The notes beneath the pieces are model-generated. The model made no database searches, was not told where the DNA came from, and saw only the letters and a list, made by a program, of their open reading frames with translations. From Desulfurococcaceae archaeon (GTDB lineage Archaea > Thermoproteota > Thermoprotei_A > Sulfolobales > Desulfurococcaceae), in assembly GCA_038816475.1 (NCBI GenBank), contig JAWBAI010000008.1, positions 1,176 through 65,175 of the forward strand: a stretch of DNA of 64,000 bases, read 5' to 3'. A program made the position numbers and the translations under genes. Below, in pieces: positions 38,204 through 47,262 of the stretch (position 1 is the first letter of the stretch; every line of letters starts with the position of its first letter).

Positions 38204-38973
38204 ACTTCTAGGTCCTTCGCTAGTATTTCAGCAAGCTTCTTACCACTTAGTAGCATACCACCGAATATTGGCCCCATTCTTGGAAGTCCGTGAACAGCTG
38301 CAACAGCCATACCTGTAACGTAGAGTCCTGGGACAACTTGTCCTGTGTAGTCAACCACCAGTTTCTCAGCTTTCTCAGCATAAGCTGATCTTTCGCCCTT
38401 CACCTCTAAACCTAGCTCGGGGATCTTCCTTGCAGCAATGCACACGATTTCTGCACCATGACCCGTTGCATCAACAACCGCCTTAGCCTCTGTGAAGAGG
38501 GGGTCTACGTGGTATCCGCCCTCGTGTATGGGTGTCCAAACCCAGACTACGCCTGTTATTCTCGGTGGGTTTGTTCTGTAGATCAAGTCGTTGACCGTTG
38601 CACCTAGAAGGACTTTGGCGCCGGCATCTATGGCCTTGGAAGCTAACTTCGCTATCGCCTCAGAGGGCTTGGCAACGTATAAGCCTGTGTCTGCCTTCTC
38701 ATAGCGTATGCTGAACTCCTCTAGAATCGGCAACGCCTCCTCCTGGAAAACTATTATGGGTAGCATGTTCCCTCCAGGACCGGTTCCACCGCCGAAGCTA
38801 AACCTCTTTTCGAAGACTGCTACCTTGTAACCCGTTTTGGAGAGGTAGTATGCTGCTGTTAAGCCGGAGGGGCCTGCTCCCACTATAGCTACATCAACGC
38901 TACTCAATTCTTCCAATTCTCTGGACGCGTACTTAACAATTGTTCTAGTTATGTTGCTCTCCTTGATAACCAT
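38185..38973 (-). CDS. thi4: thiazole synthase Thi4 family
   Basis: VDVAIVGAGPSGLTAAYYL dinucleotide fold, VVDATGHGAEIV, GMAVAAVHGLPRMGPIFGGMLLSG. Confidence 0.88.
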   Translation of the reverse strand: MVIKESNITRTIVKYASRELEELSSVDVAIVGAGPSGLTAAYYLSKTGYKVAVFEKRFSFGGGTGPGGNMLPIIVFQEEALPILEEFSIRYEKADTGLYVAKPSEAIAKLASKAIDAGAKVLLGATVNDLIYRTNPPRITGVVWVWTPIHEGGYHVDPLFTEAKAVVDATGHGAEIVCIAARKIPELGLEVKGERSAYAEKAEKLVVDYTGQVVPGLYVTGMAVAAVHGLPRMGPIFGGMLLSGKKLAEILAKDLEVYSETT

Positions 38974-39033
38974 GTTATTGCACCTTACCTCCAGAATACT
39001 GTAATTCGGATTAAAAAGCTTAATTGATAGGTT

Positions 39034-39225
39034 TCAGTGGGAATGTTCTTTAACAACCTTGAACCTGGCTTCCACGAGCTTTTCCCTGGTCAGCATCAAG
39101 AGCTCGTACAGCTGGTACACTAGACCAGCTGTGATTACATCTCCTGGTTTTAGCCTGCTCACGATCGACTCGAGTTTATCAAGGTAGTTTAAGGCTTCTT
39201 CAAGGTATTTAACGGCTTCTTCCAT
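39034..39225 (-). CDS. small helical hypothetical protein, coupled to iorB
   Basis: 63-aa ORF whose start overlaps the iorB 3' end by 17 nt. Confidence 0.35.
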   Translation of the reverse strand: MEEAVKYLEEALNYLDKLESIVSRLKPGDVITAGLVYQLYELLMLTREKLVEARFKVVKEHSH

Positions 39226-39811
39226 GCTTAAGTCCCTCTTCGTAAGCGGCTCTTAGTAGTTTAATGTTTGCTTCCAAGATGTTCTTTCTGAAGTGTTCTT
39301 CCAGCGATTTTTCAACGGCATTAAGTGGTATGATATCTTCGAGTTCCTGGTTTACTCCAAGCGAAAAACCGAGCAGTGCTATGTTAGCGGATATTATGAA
39401 GCCCGTGTATTGAGCACTAAGCTTGTTGGCGTCAAAGACGTAGAGCTTCGCATTTTTAGCCCTTAAGCTACTTACAATCAAGTCCCTTGCTGGGTACTTT
39501 TGAAGCGGTGGTGGCCACAGGAAATCGTTTACGACGAGGAAAGCGTCTTGACGAGCGTAATGAGCGTACCTTGCAGCCTCGATCAGCTCCAGCGCTATTA
39601 CGTGATCAGCTGCACCAACGGGCACTATGGGACTAGGCTCTTCACCTATTCTTACATGAACTATTACGCTTCCACCGCGCTGGCTCATGCCGTGAACTTC
39701 CGCAATACTAACATCTCTTCCGGAGATCATTGAAGCTGTTCCCACAATGGAGCCAAGGGTTAGGATTCCTTGTCCTCCAACACCCACGATGACAAGGTTA
39801 AAAGTTCTCAT
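39209..39811 (-). CDS. iorB: indolepyruvate:ferredoxin oxidoreductase beta subunit
   Basis: MRTFNLVIVGVGGQGILT start; ATGA overlap with the iorA stop at 39808-39811. Confidence 0.85.
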   Translation of the reverse strand: MRTFNLVIVGVGGQGILTLGSIVGTASMISGRDVSIAEVHGMSQRGGSVIVHVRIGEEPSPIVPVGAADHVIALELIEAARYAHYARQDAFLVVNDFLWPPPLQKYPARDLIVSSLRAKNAKLYVFDANKLSAQYTGFIISANIALLGFSLGVNQELEDIIPLNAVEKSLEEHFRKNILEANIKLLRAAYEEGLKHGRSR

Positions 39812-41745
39812 AGCTCCCACCAGAGCTTCTCCCATTCTTCGCTGGGTTTGTTTGCTATTACAATAGCCTTGTAGGGGCATACGTAAGCGCAAAGACCACA
39901 TCCAGCGCAGAGCTCACTGATGATCCTCGGTTTACCGGTCTTCGGATCTGGTACAATAGCTGGACAAGCTGTCAGGTTTATGCACGCTGAGCACCCTGTG
40001 CATTTATCCTCGAGCACGCTGTATACTGGTAGTGTAATCTTTCTTCTACGAGCTTCTCTTAGAACTTCGAGAGCACATCTCATTCTAGAAACAACGCTCA
40101 CGTTAACGCCTTGCTTGTACCTCTCCAAAGCCTTCTGTACAGTTTCCACGGATTCTCTAACCATGAGTGAGTTTATAACGTAGGTTTCAAATCCGAGGGA
40201 CCTTAAAACATCCTCGGGGAGCACCCTCTTTGTTTTCTCACCAGTAGCTGTTAAACCAGTACCTGGATGTGGTTGATGACCCGTCATAGCAGTGGTCATG
40301 TTATCTAGTACCAAAACTACTGCTCTTCCCCTGTTGTAGACGATGTTCAGCGCGGGTGGTAATCCAGCATGGAAGAACGTTGAGTCCCCGATGACAGCTA
40401 CAACAGGGTTATCTACTGTTTTTGATAAGCCGTGAGCAACTCCAATGCTACCACCCATTTCGAAGCATGTGTGCTGCATATCAAACGGTTTTTGATACCC
40501 TAGCGTATAACATCCGATGTCTCCTGTGTATATAACATTCTTCAAGTTAGCTCTGTTAGAAGCAACCTTGAAGATGTAGTACGTGGACCTGTGTGGACAA
40601 CCCGCGCAAAGTACTGGTGGTCTTGGTGGTATAGGAGGAGATATCTCAACAGCTCCTATGCTTTTCCAGGTTCCCGGCGGATTCACGTTGAGAAACTTTG
40701 AAAGGGTTTTGACAACGACATCGAGATCTAGTTCCCCGTTTTCTGGTACAATGTCCTTTCCATGAACCTTCACCTTAGCGTCTAATTCAGCAACTAGGCT
40801 CTTGACTTGAAGCTCAACGACGGGATCTAGTTCTTCGACTACCAGAATTCTCTCAGAGTACTCTAGAACACTCTTAACAGGTGTACGTGGCAAAGGAACT
40901 GGCATATTGACCTTCACCAGGGTTACTTTATCCCAGTACCCGAGAATACGTAGAGCTTCTGACGTGTACGAGTAGGCTAACCCGCTCGCTATAATGGCAG
41001 TCTTCATGCCAGGGTTCATGACTTTTATTAAAGACTCTCTGTTCTCGTTCTCAGCAATAGCTTTCCACGCGTTCATCATTCTTATCTTCATTTTCCTTGA
41101 ATGAGCGGGTACTAGAACCCACCTCTCATTATCTTTGATGAAGGTGCCTTTACACTTCCTGCTCTCTGGTATATCGTTCTCCAGTACTACGGGCATTCGT
41201 GTGTGACTTATTCGCGTGGTTGTTCTGAAGATAACAGGTTGCTTGTACCTTGAGCTTACGTCGTAAGCTACCTTGATCAACCTGTAGGCTTCTCGAGCAT
41301 TGGAGGGCTCTATTACAGGTATGTGTGCTATGAATCCGTACCATCTATTGTCCTGCTCGTTCTGACTACTGTGCTGGCTGGGGTCGTCGGCTGATACTAT
41401 CACAAATCCCTCCTCTACACCGGAGTAAGCAGAGCTCATAAGTATGTCAGCTGCAACGTTCAAACCCACGTGTTTCATTGAGACTAAACTCCTAACACCG
41501 GAAATAGCAGCACCGTACGCTGCTTCAAAGGCCACTTTTTCGTTTACACTCCATTCAACGTAAACACCGCAGTGTTGAGCCACCTCTGATATAGCTTCTA
41601 TCACTTCGGTGGAGGGTGTTCCAGGGTAGCCAGCTGCAAAGCACACTCCAGCTTCTAGAGCACCGCGAGCTATGGCTTCGTTACCTAGAAGCAGAACCTT
41701 CTCTCCTCGTGCCTTAAGTAGTGGATGTTCGTTCAACCTATGCAC
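39808..41745 (-). CDS. iorA: indolepyruvate:ferredoxin oxidoreductase alpha subunit
   Basis: 645 aa; TPP motifs (GDIGCYTLG, GDSTFFHAG), two C-terminal 4Fe-4S motifs CTGCSACINLTACP and CAGCGLCAYVCP. Confidence 0.9.
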   Translation of the reverse strand: MHRLNEHPLLKARGEKVLLLGNEAIARGALEAGVCFAAGYPGTPSTEVIEAISEVAQHCGVYVEWSVNEKVAFEAAYGAAISGVRSLVSMKHVGLNVAADILMSSAYSGVEEGFVIVSADDPSQHSSQNEQDNRWYGFIAHIPVIEPSNAREAYRLIKVAYDVSSRYKQPVIFRTTTRISHTRMPVVLENDIPESRKCKGTFIKDNERWVLVPAHSRKMKIRMMNAWKAIAENENRESLIKVMNPGMKTAIIASGLAYSYTSEALRILGYWDKVTLVKVNMPVPLPRTPVKSVLEYSERILVVEELDPVVELQVKSLVAELDAKVKVHGKDIVPENGELDLDVVVKTLSKFLNVNPPGTWKSIGAVEISPPIPPRPPVLCAGCPHRSTYYIFKVASNRANLKNVIYTGDIGCYTLGYQKPFDMQHTCFEMGGSIGVAHGLSKTVDNPVVAVIGDSTFFHAGLPPALNIVYNRGRAVVLVLDNMTTAMTGHQPHPGTGLTATGEKTKRVLPEDVLRSLGFETYVINSLMVRESVETVQKALERYKQGVNVSVVSRMRCALEVLREARRRKITLPVYSVLEDKCTGCSACINLTACPAIVPDPKTGKPRIISELCAGCGLCAYVCPYKAIVIANKPSEEWEKLWWEL

Positions 41746-41850
41746 CCTATTACTAACTTACGTAGTCGTCGTAATAAACGAGTATCCACGAAGAAGTGTT
41801 CCAACCAGATGTACATGTATATACACGAGTGGGTTTATCTTATGAAAAAG

Positions 41851-41858
41851 TTTATAAA
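41851..41858 (+). promoter_or_regulatory. TATA box candidate plus SD-like ggaggtg (41884-41890)
   Basis: aaaagTTTATAAAca lies 40 nt upstream of the ATG at 41898. Confidence 0.4.
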
Positions 41859-41897
41859 CAAGTTATCCCACTTAGATAAGTAGGGAGGTGAGTGCTT

Positions 41898-42239
41898 ATG
41901 GCTAAGAGAAGAGTTGTCTACGAGGACAGGGACCTGGTTGTTGAGATTGCGCCAACGGACCCTGAGCTACCGGTGCTTGTCTACGAGGCGATAGTCAAGA
42001 AGGGTAGACCTGTGCTGTTCCAGGAGCTTGTTCAGGAGTTCAGCGGAGTCGTCGGCGAGGACAGAGTTCGCAGAGCAGTCAGCCACCTGCTAGCACTCAA
42101 GAAGATAGTAGAGTACCCCGATGGAACACTGGGAACACCCGGCATGCCCTGGAAACCCATAACAACAAGGAAAAGACGCAGAAGAAGAGTAGCAAGACTC
42201 ATGGACATAGAGCCAACAGAAATAACTTTACCAGCTTAG
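41898..42239 (+). CDS. hypothetical small protein with Arg-rich C-terminal region
   Basis: MAKRRVVYEDRD...; possible wHTH core, KRRRRRVARL tract. Confidence 0.45.
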   Translation: MAKRRVVYEDRDLVVEIAPTDPELPVLVYEAIVKKGRPVLFQELVQEFSGVVGEDRVRRAVSHLLALKKIVEYPDGTLGTPGMPWKPITTRKRRRRRVARLMDIEPTEITLPA

Positions 42240-42277
42240 TTAAGCAACGGTAGGTCTAAGTTACCTAGTTTCCTAGA

Positions 42278-42961
42278 TTACTTTTTTCTACTCTTGGTTT
42301 TTTCTGCCCAAGGAGAAGCCTTGTACCCTGCACACTTTTCCAGTTTCAGCAGTACACCGTACCTTGAGGCAATCTCGCATATGTAGTCCTCGGGTATAAT
42401 AGCTTTTGCACCCCTGGAGGACTCTATTACCAAGGCTTTACCTACGTAACCCTTGATATCAGCCTCTTCGGTTATGAAGTCCACGAATATCGGGAGTCTT
42501 GTGGTATTAATGAATCCTCTTTGCCATTTAACACCTTTTTCTTCATCCAAGTAGACTTCACCGATTCTTCTTCCATCCGAGCAAACTCCGCTCTTATCGC
42601 ACGTAATGATCTTGATCTCAGCGAGTTTCGCGGCTTCCTCTGCTAGCTTCTCGGATATAGCAGCTAATTCATTCTTCATTGGTGTTGCAAGCACGCTGAG
42701 TTTCGCTTCCTCGAGGTTTAGTGAGGACTCTTTCTGCTCTTCACTAATGAGGGGTTTCTGCTGCTCGAACCTTCTACTAGCGATTTCAAGTAGCTCAGTT
42801 AGTATATCAGTACTTGAAGTAGACTCTGCGCTGGGTCGAGGAAGCTGTGATGTAAGACCCTCTTTGACAACAACGTTCTTTTCTTCCTCCCTATGACCCT
42901 CCTTATGACTCGGTGTGCCAGTTTTCTTAAGATAGTCCGTTAGCTTCTTGGACTTCTTCAA
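42278..42961 (-). CDS. hypothetical protein (disordered charged N-half, Cys-containing C-terminal domain)
   Basis: 227-aa ORF; CDKSGVC ... C-x15-C in the C-terminal ~100 aa. Confidence 0.4.
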   Translation of the reverse strand: MKKSKKLTDYLKKTGTPSHKEGHREEEKNVVVKEGLTSQLPRPSAESTSSTDILTELLEIASRRFEQQKPLISEEQKESSLNLEEAKLSVLATPMKNELAAISEKLAEEAAKLAEIKIITCDKSGVCSDGRRIGEVYLDEEKGVKWQRGFINTTRLPIFVDFITEEADIKGYVGKALVIESSRGAKAIIPEDYICEIASRYGVLLKLEKCAGYKASPWAEKTKSRKK

Positions 42962-43098
42962 GACTTAGTACCCTAACAACAGATTACATTAACTATATAT
43001 TTTGCTGAACTCTAATTAAACACGGCTCCTTATACTCGTTGATAAGTACTAAGCTATATAAACCGCCTCTCGTGAAATATAGAATGGTAAAGCGACTA

Positions 43099-43172
43099 GG
43101 GCCCGTAGCTCAGCCTGGTAGAGCGGCGGGCTCTTAACCCGTAGGTCCCGGGTTCAAATCCCGGCGGGCCCG
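43099..43172 (+). tRNA. tRNA-Lys (anticodon CUU)
   Basis: cloverleaf by hand: acceptor GGGCCCG/CGGGCCC, D arm GCTC..GAGC, anticodon stem GCGGG/CCCGT with loop CTCTTAA, T arm CCGGG-TTCAAAT-CCCGG, discriminator G; no encoded CCA, no intron. Confidence 0.95.
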
Positions 43173-43218
43173 CTTCCTCAACCCAAGAACTTTCTACGAG
43201 TCAGAGAAGGTTTCAAGT

Positions 43219-44118
43219 ATGCTAAGAAGGCTACTACACCACGATGAAGTAGACTTGTACATGGTGGTTGGTACACCGTTTCTCTACGTTAAGAGAAACT
43301 ATACGCTCGTAATGGCCGATTTACACCTGGGATTCGAAGAAGCAGCATCAAGGGGTTTAAGCTACACTGCGCGAAGAGGTCAAAGTGCATACGCAGCAGT
43401 GTTTCTACCAAGAATACAGCTGAAGAGAGCGCTATCCTTGTTCAACACTGTAGTTGACAGCTTAAACATTAAAAGAGTAATCGTCAACGGCGATCTCAAG
43501 CACGCTTTCGACAGGCTACTGAAGCAGGAACGCGAGGAGGTTACAGCATTCGTTAAGCACCTCAGAGAAAAAGGTGTAGAGGAGATCGTGGTTGTACGTG
43601 GAAACCACGACAACTTCGTTAAACCGCTGCTCAGGAGGCTGGACGTTGAACTGGTAAATGGTATTTCAACCATTGTTGATGGAAAAAGTATTCTGTTCAT
43701 ACATGGCCACGAGGTTTTAGATGCTAAAGAGCACGACATCATCGTGATCGGGCACGAACACCCCAGTTTAAGGTGCTTCGATGTCTACAGGTTTCCATGC
43801 TTTATCAAGATACCACTACCCGGGGAGAAAACCCTAGTAGTAATGCCGGCAACAGGCCCCTATCACCCAGGTATAGTAGTCACTCCAAACCCCATGGACT
43901 ACCTTTCACCTCTCATTAGGAGCCTCAAGGACCTCTACTCTATGTCGATCATCATCTGGTTTGACCTTGGTGAGGTTTCACAGCATAGTGTTGAGTACTT
44001 TGAGGCAACGATACCTACGGAGCTCGTGAAGGTTGATCGAGTCGTGATTGGAAACAGAGAAGTGGCTGTAGTTGAATTCAAGGATTATGAAATCGCGCAC
44101 CTTCTATGCATGGTTTAA
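43219..44118 (+). CDS. metallophosphoesterase (archaeal SbcD/Mre11-related, TIGR00024-like)
   Basis: DLHLG, GDLKH, GNHD, HGHE, GHEH motifs; 299 aa. Confidence 0.75.
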   Translation: MLRRLLHHDEVDLYMVVGTPFLYVKRNYTLVMADLHLGFEEAASRGLSYTARRGQSAYAAVFLPRIQLKRALSLFNTVVDSLNIKRVIVNGDLKHAFDRLLKQEREEVTAFVKHLREKGVEEIVVVRGNHDNFVKPLLRRLDVELVNGISTIVDGKSILFIHGHEVLDAKEHDIIVIGHEHPSLRCFDVYRFPCFIKIPLPGEKTLVVMPATGPYHPGIVVTPNPMDYLSPLIRSLKDLYSMSIIIWFDLGEVSQHSVEYFEATIPTELVKVDRVVIGNREVAVVEFKDYEIAHLLCMV

Positions 44119-44124
44119 ACGTTA

Positions 44125-44174
44125 TCAGCCAATCGACCCATCATCAACTCATCAGGCTATGTCGGCTTCATCAC
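44125..44174 (-). ncRNA. C/D box sRNA
   Basis: minus strand: GTGATGA, agccgacatagc (12), CTGA, tgag, TTGATGA, tgggtcgattgg (12), CTGA; all four boxes near consensus; intergenic, 3' of the wHTH gene. Confidence 0.75.
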
Positions 44175-44256
44175 GGTATCAATTTTATTATAAAAACCTA
44201 ATTTACTTAATTTACGTTTTGGAGTCACCAGGAGTTAATCATAAGCGGATGCCTCG

Positions 44257-44715
44257 TTATTGTTTGTCTTCGCTCTTGTCGCTTTTGTAAAGCGCTCTGC
44301 GAGCAATTAAACCTTCGATGAAGAATAAGACGAACGCTAAAGCTGATACAGTAAAGATAACCAGCCTTTCCTGAGAGAACTCTAATAGCATAAGTACCAG
44401 GGATCCTATGGTTGAACCAGCGAAAAAACCCGCGTATACTAGTAGTCTTGGAACAAGCTTGTATCCTATGTATATAAATCCCGAGGGTGGGTTCACACTC
44501 TTTGCTATGTAGCCCTCGATCGTCTTAACCACCAGTTTTCTTGACTCAAGCTTCCTTAAATTATAGTGGACAGTGCTTGGTGGCATACTGAGAGCTCTAG
44601 CTATATCTCTCACACTCAAAGGCTTTCCTTGCTCAATGAGATAAAAGTATATCGTCCTTTCCGTTTTGCTTAGGTCCTCGATAGACAAGTAAACTATCCC
44701 AAGAGGTAATCTCAC
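44257..44715 (-). CDS. membrane-tethered winged-helix transcriptional regulator
   Basis: N-terminal wHTH (RTIYFYLIEQGKPLSVRDIARALSMPPSTVHYNLRKLESRKLVV), then two predicted TM helices. Confidence 0.65.
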   Translation of the reverse strand: MRLPLGIVYLSIEDLSKTERTIYFYLIEQGKPLSVRDIARALSMPPSTVHYNLRKLESRKLVVKTIEGYIAKSVNPPSGFIYIGYKLVPRLLVYAGFFAGSTIGSLVLMLLEFSQERLVIFTVSALAFVLFFIEGLIARRALYKSDKSEDKQ

Positions 44716-44751
44716 GAAAGTTTAATATTAAGGTAGGTAACGTCGCTTCTG

Positions 44752-44781
44752 TTGTACAAGGTGTTGAACATTCTGTTCAAC
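44752..44781. promoter_or_regulatory. palindromic operator candidates in a divergent promoter
   Basis: perfect GTTGAACA-ttc-TGTTCAAC (44763-44781), preceded by the palindrome TTGTACAA (44752-44759). Confidence 0.55.
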
Positions 44782-44822
44782 CGCTTAGTATTTCAGGAAC
44801 TATACCTTCAGCTGATATAGGG

Positions 44823-47072
44823 ATGAGATTGAATGCACTGAGTAAACCCCTCGGTGTAGCATTAGTAGTATCTATCATACTGGGTATACTAGTGGTAATT
44901 ATTCCATTGTACTTCAAACCAGCTATACCCGAGGTTAAGAGTCCTCAATCCCAAGAGGAGGCAACTTCACCGCAATTAACTCTGCCTCAACCGTTAATTC
45001 CTCCTAGCGAAGAACAGAAAGGTGATCAAGGAGTATATACTGCGTTGATCTCAAGAATAAATAGCTACGCTAAACTTAGCAGAAGAATAGCAAACCTCAT
45101 GCAGGTAGCAAGGGGTGCTTTACCCGTAGAGGGAACCGTAGTAGGTATTGTGCAGGAACCATCGTCAACAGCTCCTTCTCAAACAGAAGACTATTCTAAG
45201 ACGAACGTTCAAGTGTATGGCATAGACGAGCATGATATTGTCAAAACGGATGGTAAAGCTATATATGTAGGAAGAGACGCAGATGTAATCTTGTTCGACG
45301 CTGTAAGGAATAGGGTTGCAAGTAAACTAATTTTACCAAGCGAATGGAAACATGTGGGCCTCTACGCTATTAACAATCGACTTGTAATCTTAGCATCATC
45401 ATTAACTAGTGAACCAGCATTACCAAGAACTTTAGTATACGTTGTGAACGTTGAAGACTTATACAGACCAGTTTTGATAGCTAATTTCACAATAGACGGA
45501 GCAATACAGGGGAGTAGGTTGAAGTACCCATTCCTGTACGTAGTGACACTACTACCTGCTTTCAGTATAGTTGAGGAGAATAACACGGTCTATGTTAAAC
45601 CACGCATACCCACGGTGAACGGCAGACTTTCAGAACTAGAGAATATTAAAGACTCCGGTTATCCACCGAGAAACTACGTAACGGTATTTTCCCTCGACCT
45701 CGAGAACCTGGCCTGGAGTACAGTCTCAGTACTAATGAACAATGTCGAGAGAATATACATGTCATCAAGCAATCTCTATATCGTTGGATCGGTGGACAAG
45801 GAGTATCTAGCGTTCGAAATCATAGTAAGTAAAGCCCTTGAAGTTCTCCCTGCCGACGTAGTCATGGAGATCCAGAAGTATCTTGACCAAGGGGACTATC
45901 TGGGAGCCTTTGAGGCCCTTCTTATCTACATTGAGAATCTTAGCAATGAAGAGCAGTTGAATTTTATCACTAGGATCAACGAGAAGCTTCGCGACGAGCT
46001 TCTAAGGGAGATCACCAGTAGGAACATATCTATTGAAATACCAAGAGAGTGGTTAGAGTACTGGAGAGGAGGGTTAATACTAGAGGAATCACTAATAGCA
46101 GTACTTGATGTCAATGAGCTCTCAATCAAGCTAAAGGGCTTTATCAAAGTTGAAGGAAGAATACTGGATCAGTTCGCAATAGAAGAGTTCAAGATTAACA
46201 ATGAAAAGTTCCTCGTATTAGCAACGACCTCTACAATCGGCGAGGTTGTAGTGCTCGAAGCGAATCGTGAGATTGCTGAGTACAAAAGAGGAGACCTCGC
46301 AGATGTGGTAGCCAAATTATGCAGTTTGGTAAGAAGCACTTATGAATGTAAAGAAATCGTGGTCAAGGTCCCACAGGTAATTCCCGTATACAGGAACACG
46401 ATTAGACTAACACGTATACCGCTATTCTGGTTTTCAAGCAACAATGTGTATGTAGTTAAACCGGATGAGTTAAAGATCATAAGTGTACTCGAGAAACTAG
46501 CGCCAGGAGAAAGAGTCTACGCTGCACGTTTGATCAATAAAACCTTCTACTTAGTTACGTTTAGAACCGTTGATCCTTTGTATGCAATAGACCTTAGTAC
46601 ACCGGAGAAGCCGGTGATTCTGGGATACTTAAAGATACCTGGGTTTAGTGAATACTTGCATCCTGTGAGTAATGATCTCCTGGTTGGTGTTGGCAGAGAA
46701 GATCGGTACGTGAAGATCAGCCTGTTCGATGCTAGGGATCCAACCAACATAATCGAAAGGTCAACTCTAACCATAGGCTGGAGTTCACCCGTTGTTGATA
46801 AAGACGACTACCATGCATTTCTATTTGATGAGAGATACATGGTATGCTACATTCCAATGACGATCAAGGGATACGGAGAGACGGACGGTATAATAGCAGT
46901 GTTCATAGATCTGATTAACCGCACGATCAAACCTGATGTTAAGTTCTTGGATCACGTAAATGCCATTAGGGTAGTGTACATAGAGGACAGATTATATACA
47001 GTATCTAAAAACTCCATTAGAACATGGTCTTTACCAGTTCTGGAGCTAATAAGTGAAACCCCACTTGAATAA
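44823..47072 (+). CDS. secreted beta-propeller domain protein (PF09826/COG4880-like)
   Basis: 749 aa; N-terminal TM/signal; C-terminal region with YAIDLSTPEKPVILGYLKIPGFSEYLHP, characteristic of this family. Confidence 0.65.
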   Translation: MRLNALSKPLGVALVVSIILGILVVIIPLYFKPAIPEVKSPQSQEEATSPQLTLPQPLIPPSEEQKGDQGVYTALISRINSYAKLSRRIANLMQVARGALPVEGTVVGIVQEPSSTAPSQTEDYSKTNVQVYGIDEHDIVKTDGKAIYVGRDADVILFDAVRNRVASKLILPSEWKHVGLYAINNRLVILASSLTSEPALPRTLVYVVNVEDLYRPVLIANFTIDGAIQGSRLKYPFLYVVTLLPAFSIVEENNTVYVKPRIPTVNGRLSELENIKDSGYPPRNYVTVFSLDLENLAWSTVSVLMNNVERIYMSSSNLYIVGSVDKEYLAFEIIVSKALEVLPADVVMEIQKYLDQGDYLGAFEALLIYIENLSNEEQLNFITRINEKLRDELLREITSRNISIEIPREWLEYWRGGLILEESLIAVLDVNELSIKLKGFIKVEGRILDQFAIEEFKINNEKFLVLATTSTIGEVVVLEANREIAEYKRGDLADVVAKLCSLVRSTYECKEIVVKVPQVIPVYRNTIRLTRIPLFWFSSNNVYVVKPDELKIISVLEKLAPGERVYAARLINKTFYLVTFRTVDPLYAIDLSTPEKPVILGYLKIPGFSEYLHPVSNDLLVGVGREDRYVKISLFDARDPTNIIERSTLTIGWSSPVVDKDDYHAFLFDERYMVCYIPMTIKGYGETDGIIAVFIDLINRTIKPDVKFLDHVNAIRVVYIEDRLYTVSKNSIRTWSLPVLELISETPLE

Positions 47073-47089
47073 CACCAAGGAATTAAACC

Positions 47090-47095
47090 TTTTTT
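47090..47095 (+). terminator. oligo-T terminator candidate
   Basis: T6 run 18 nt after the stop at 47072. Confidence 0.35.
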
Positions 47096-47262
47096 ATCTT
47101 AAGATCCATGGACACTTAGCCGATTTCAATATTCGATTCTTACAGTGTAAGTTTGGGAATAATGAGCCATAGCTTATACGCCATTGAAAAAGACTACTTG
47201 TATTAGGGTCTAGTATAAAAGATTTTAGCTCGTTAAAACTTACTGACGACTAGTGTGGGTGT

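Noticed and set aside
39812-39901. 30-codon upstream extension of iorB
   Set aside because: It overlaps the iorA 3' end. The ATGA stop/start overlap at 39808-39811 and the MRTFNLVIVGVGGQG N-terminus fit known IorB proteins.
44072-44290. 72-aa plus-strand ORF
   Set aside because: It bridges two gene ends and covers the canonical C/D sRNA on the opposite strand. It has no protein-like features.
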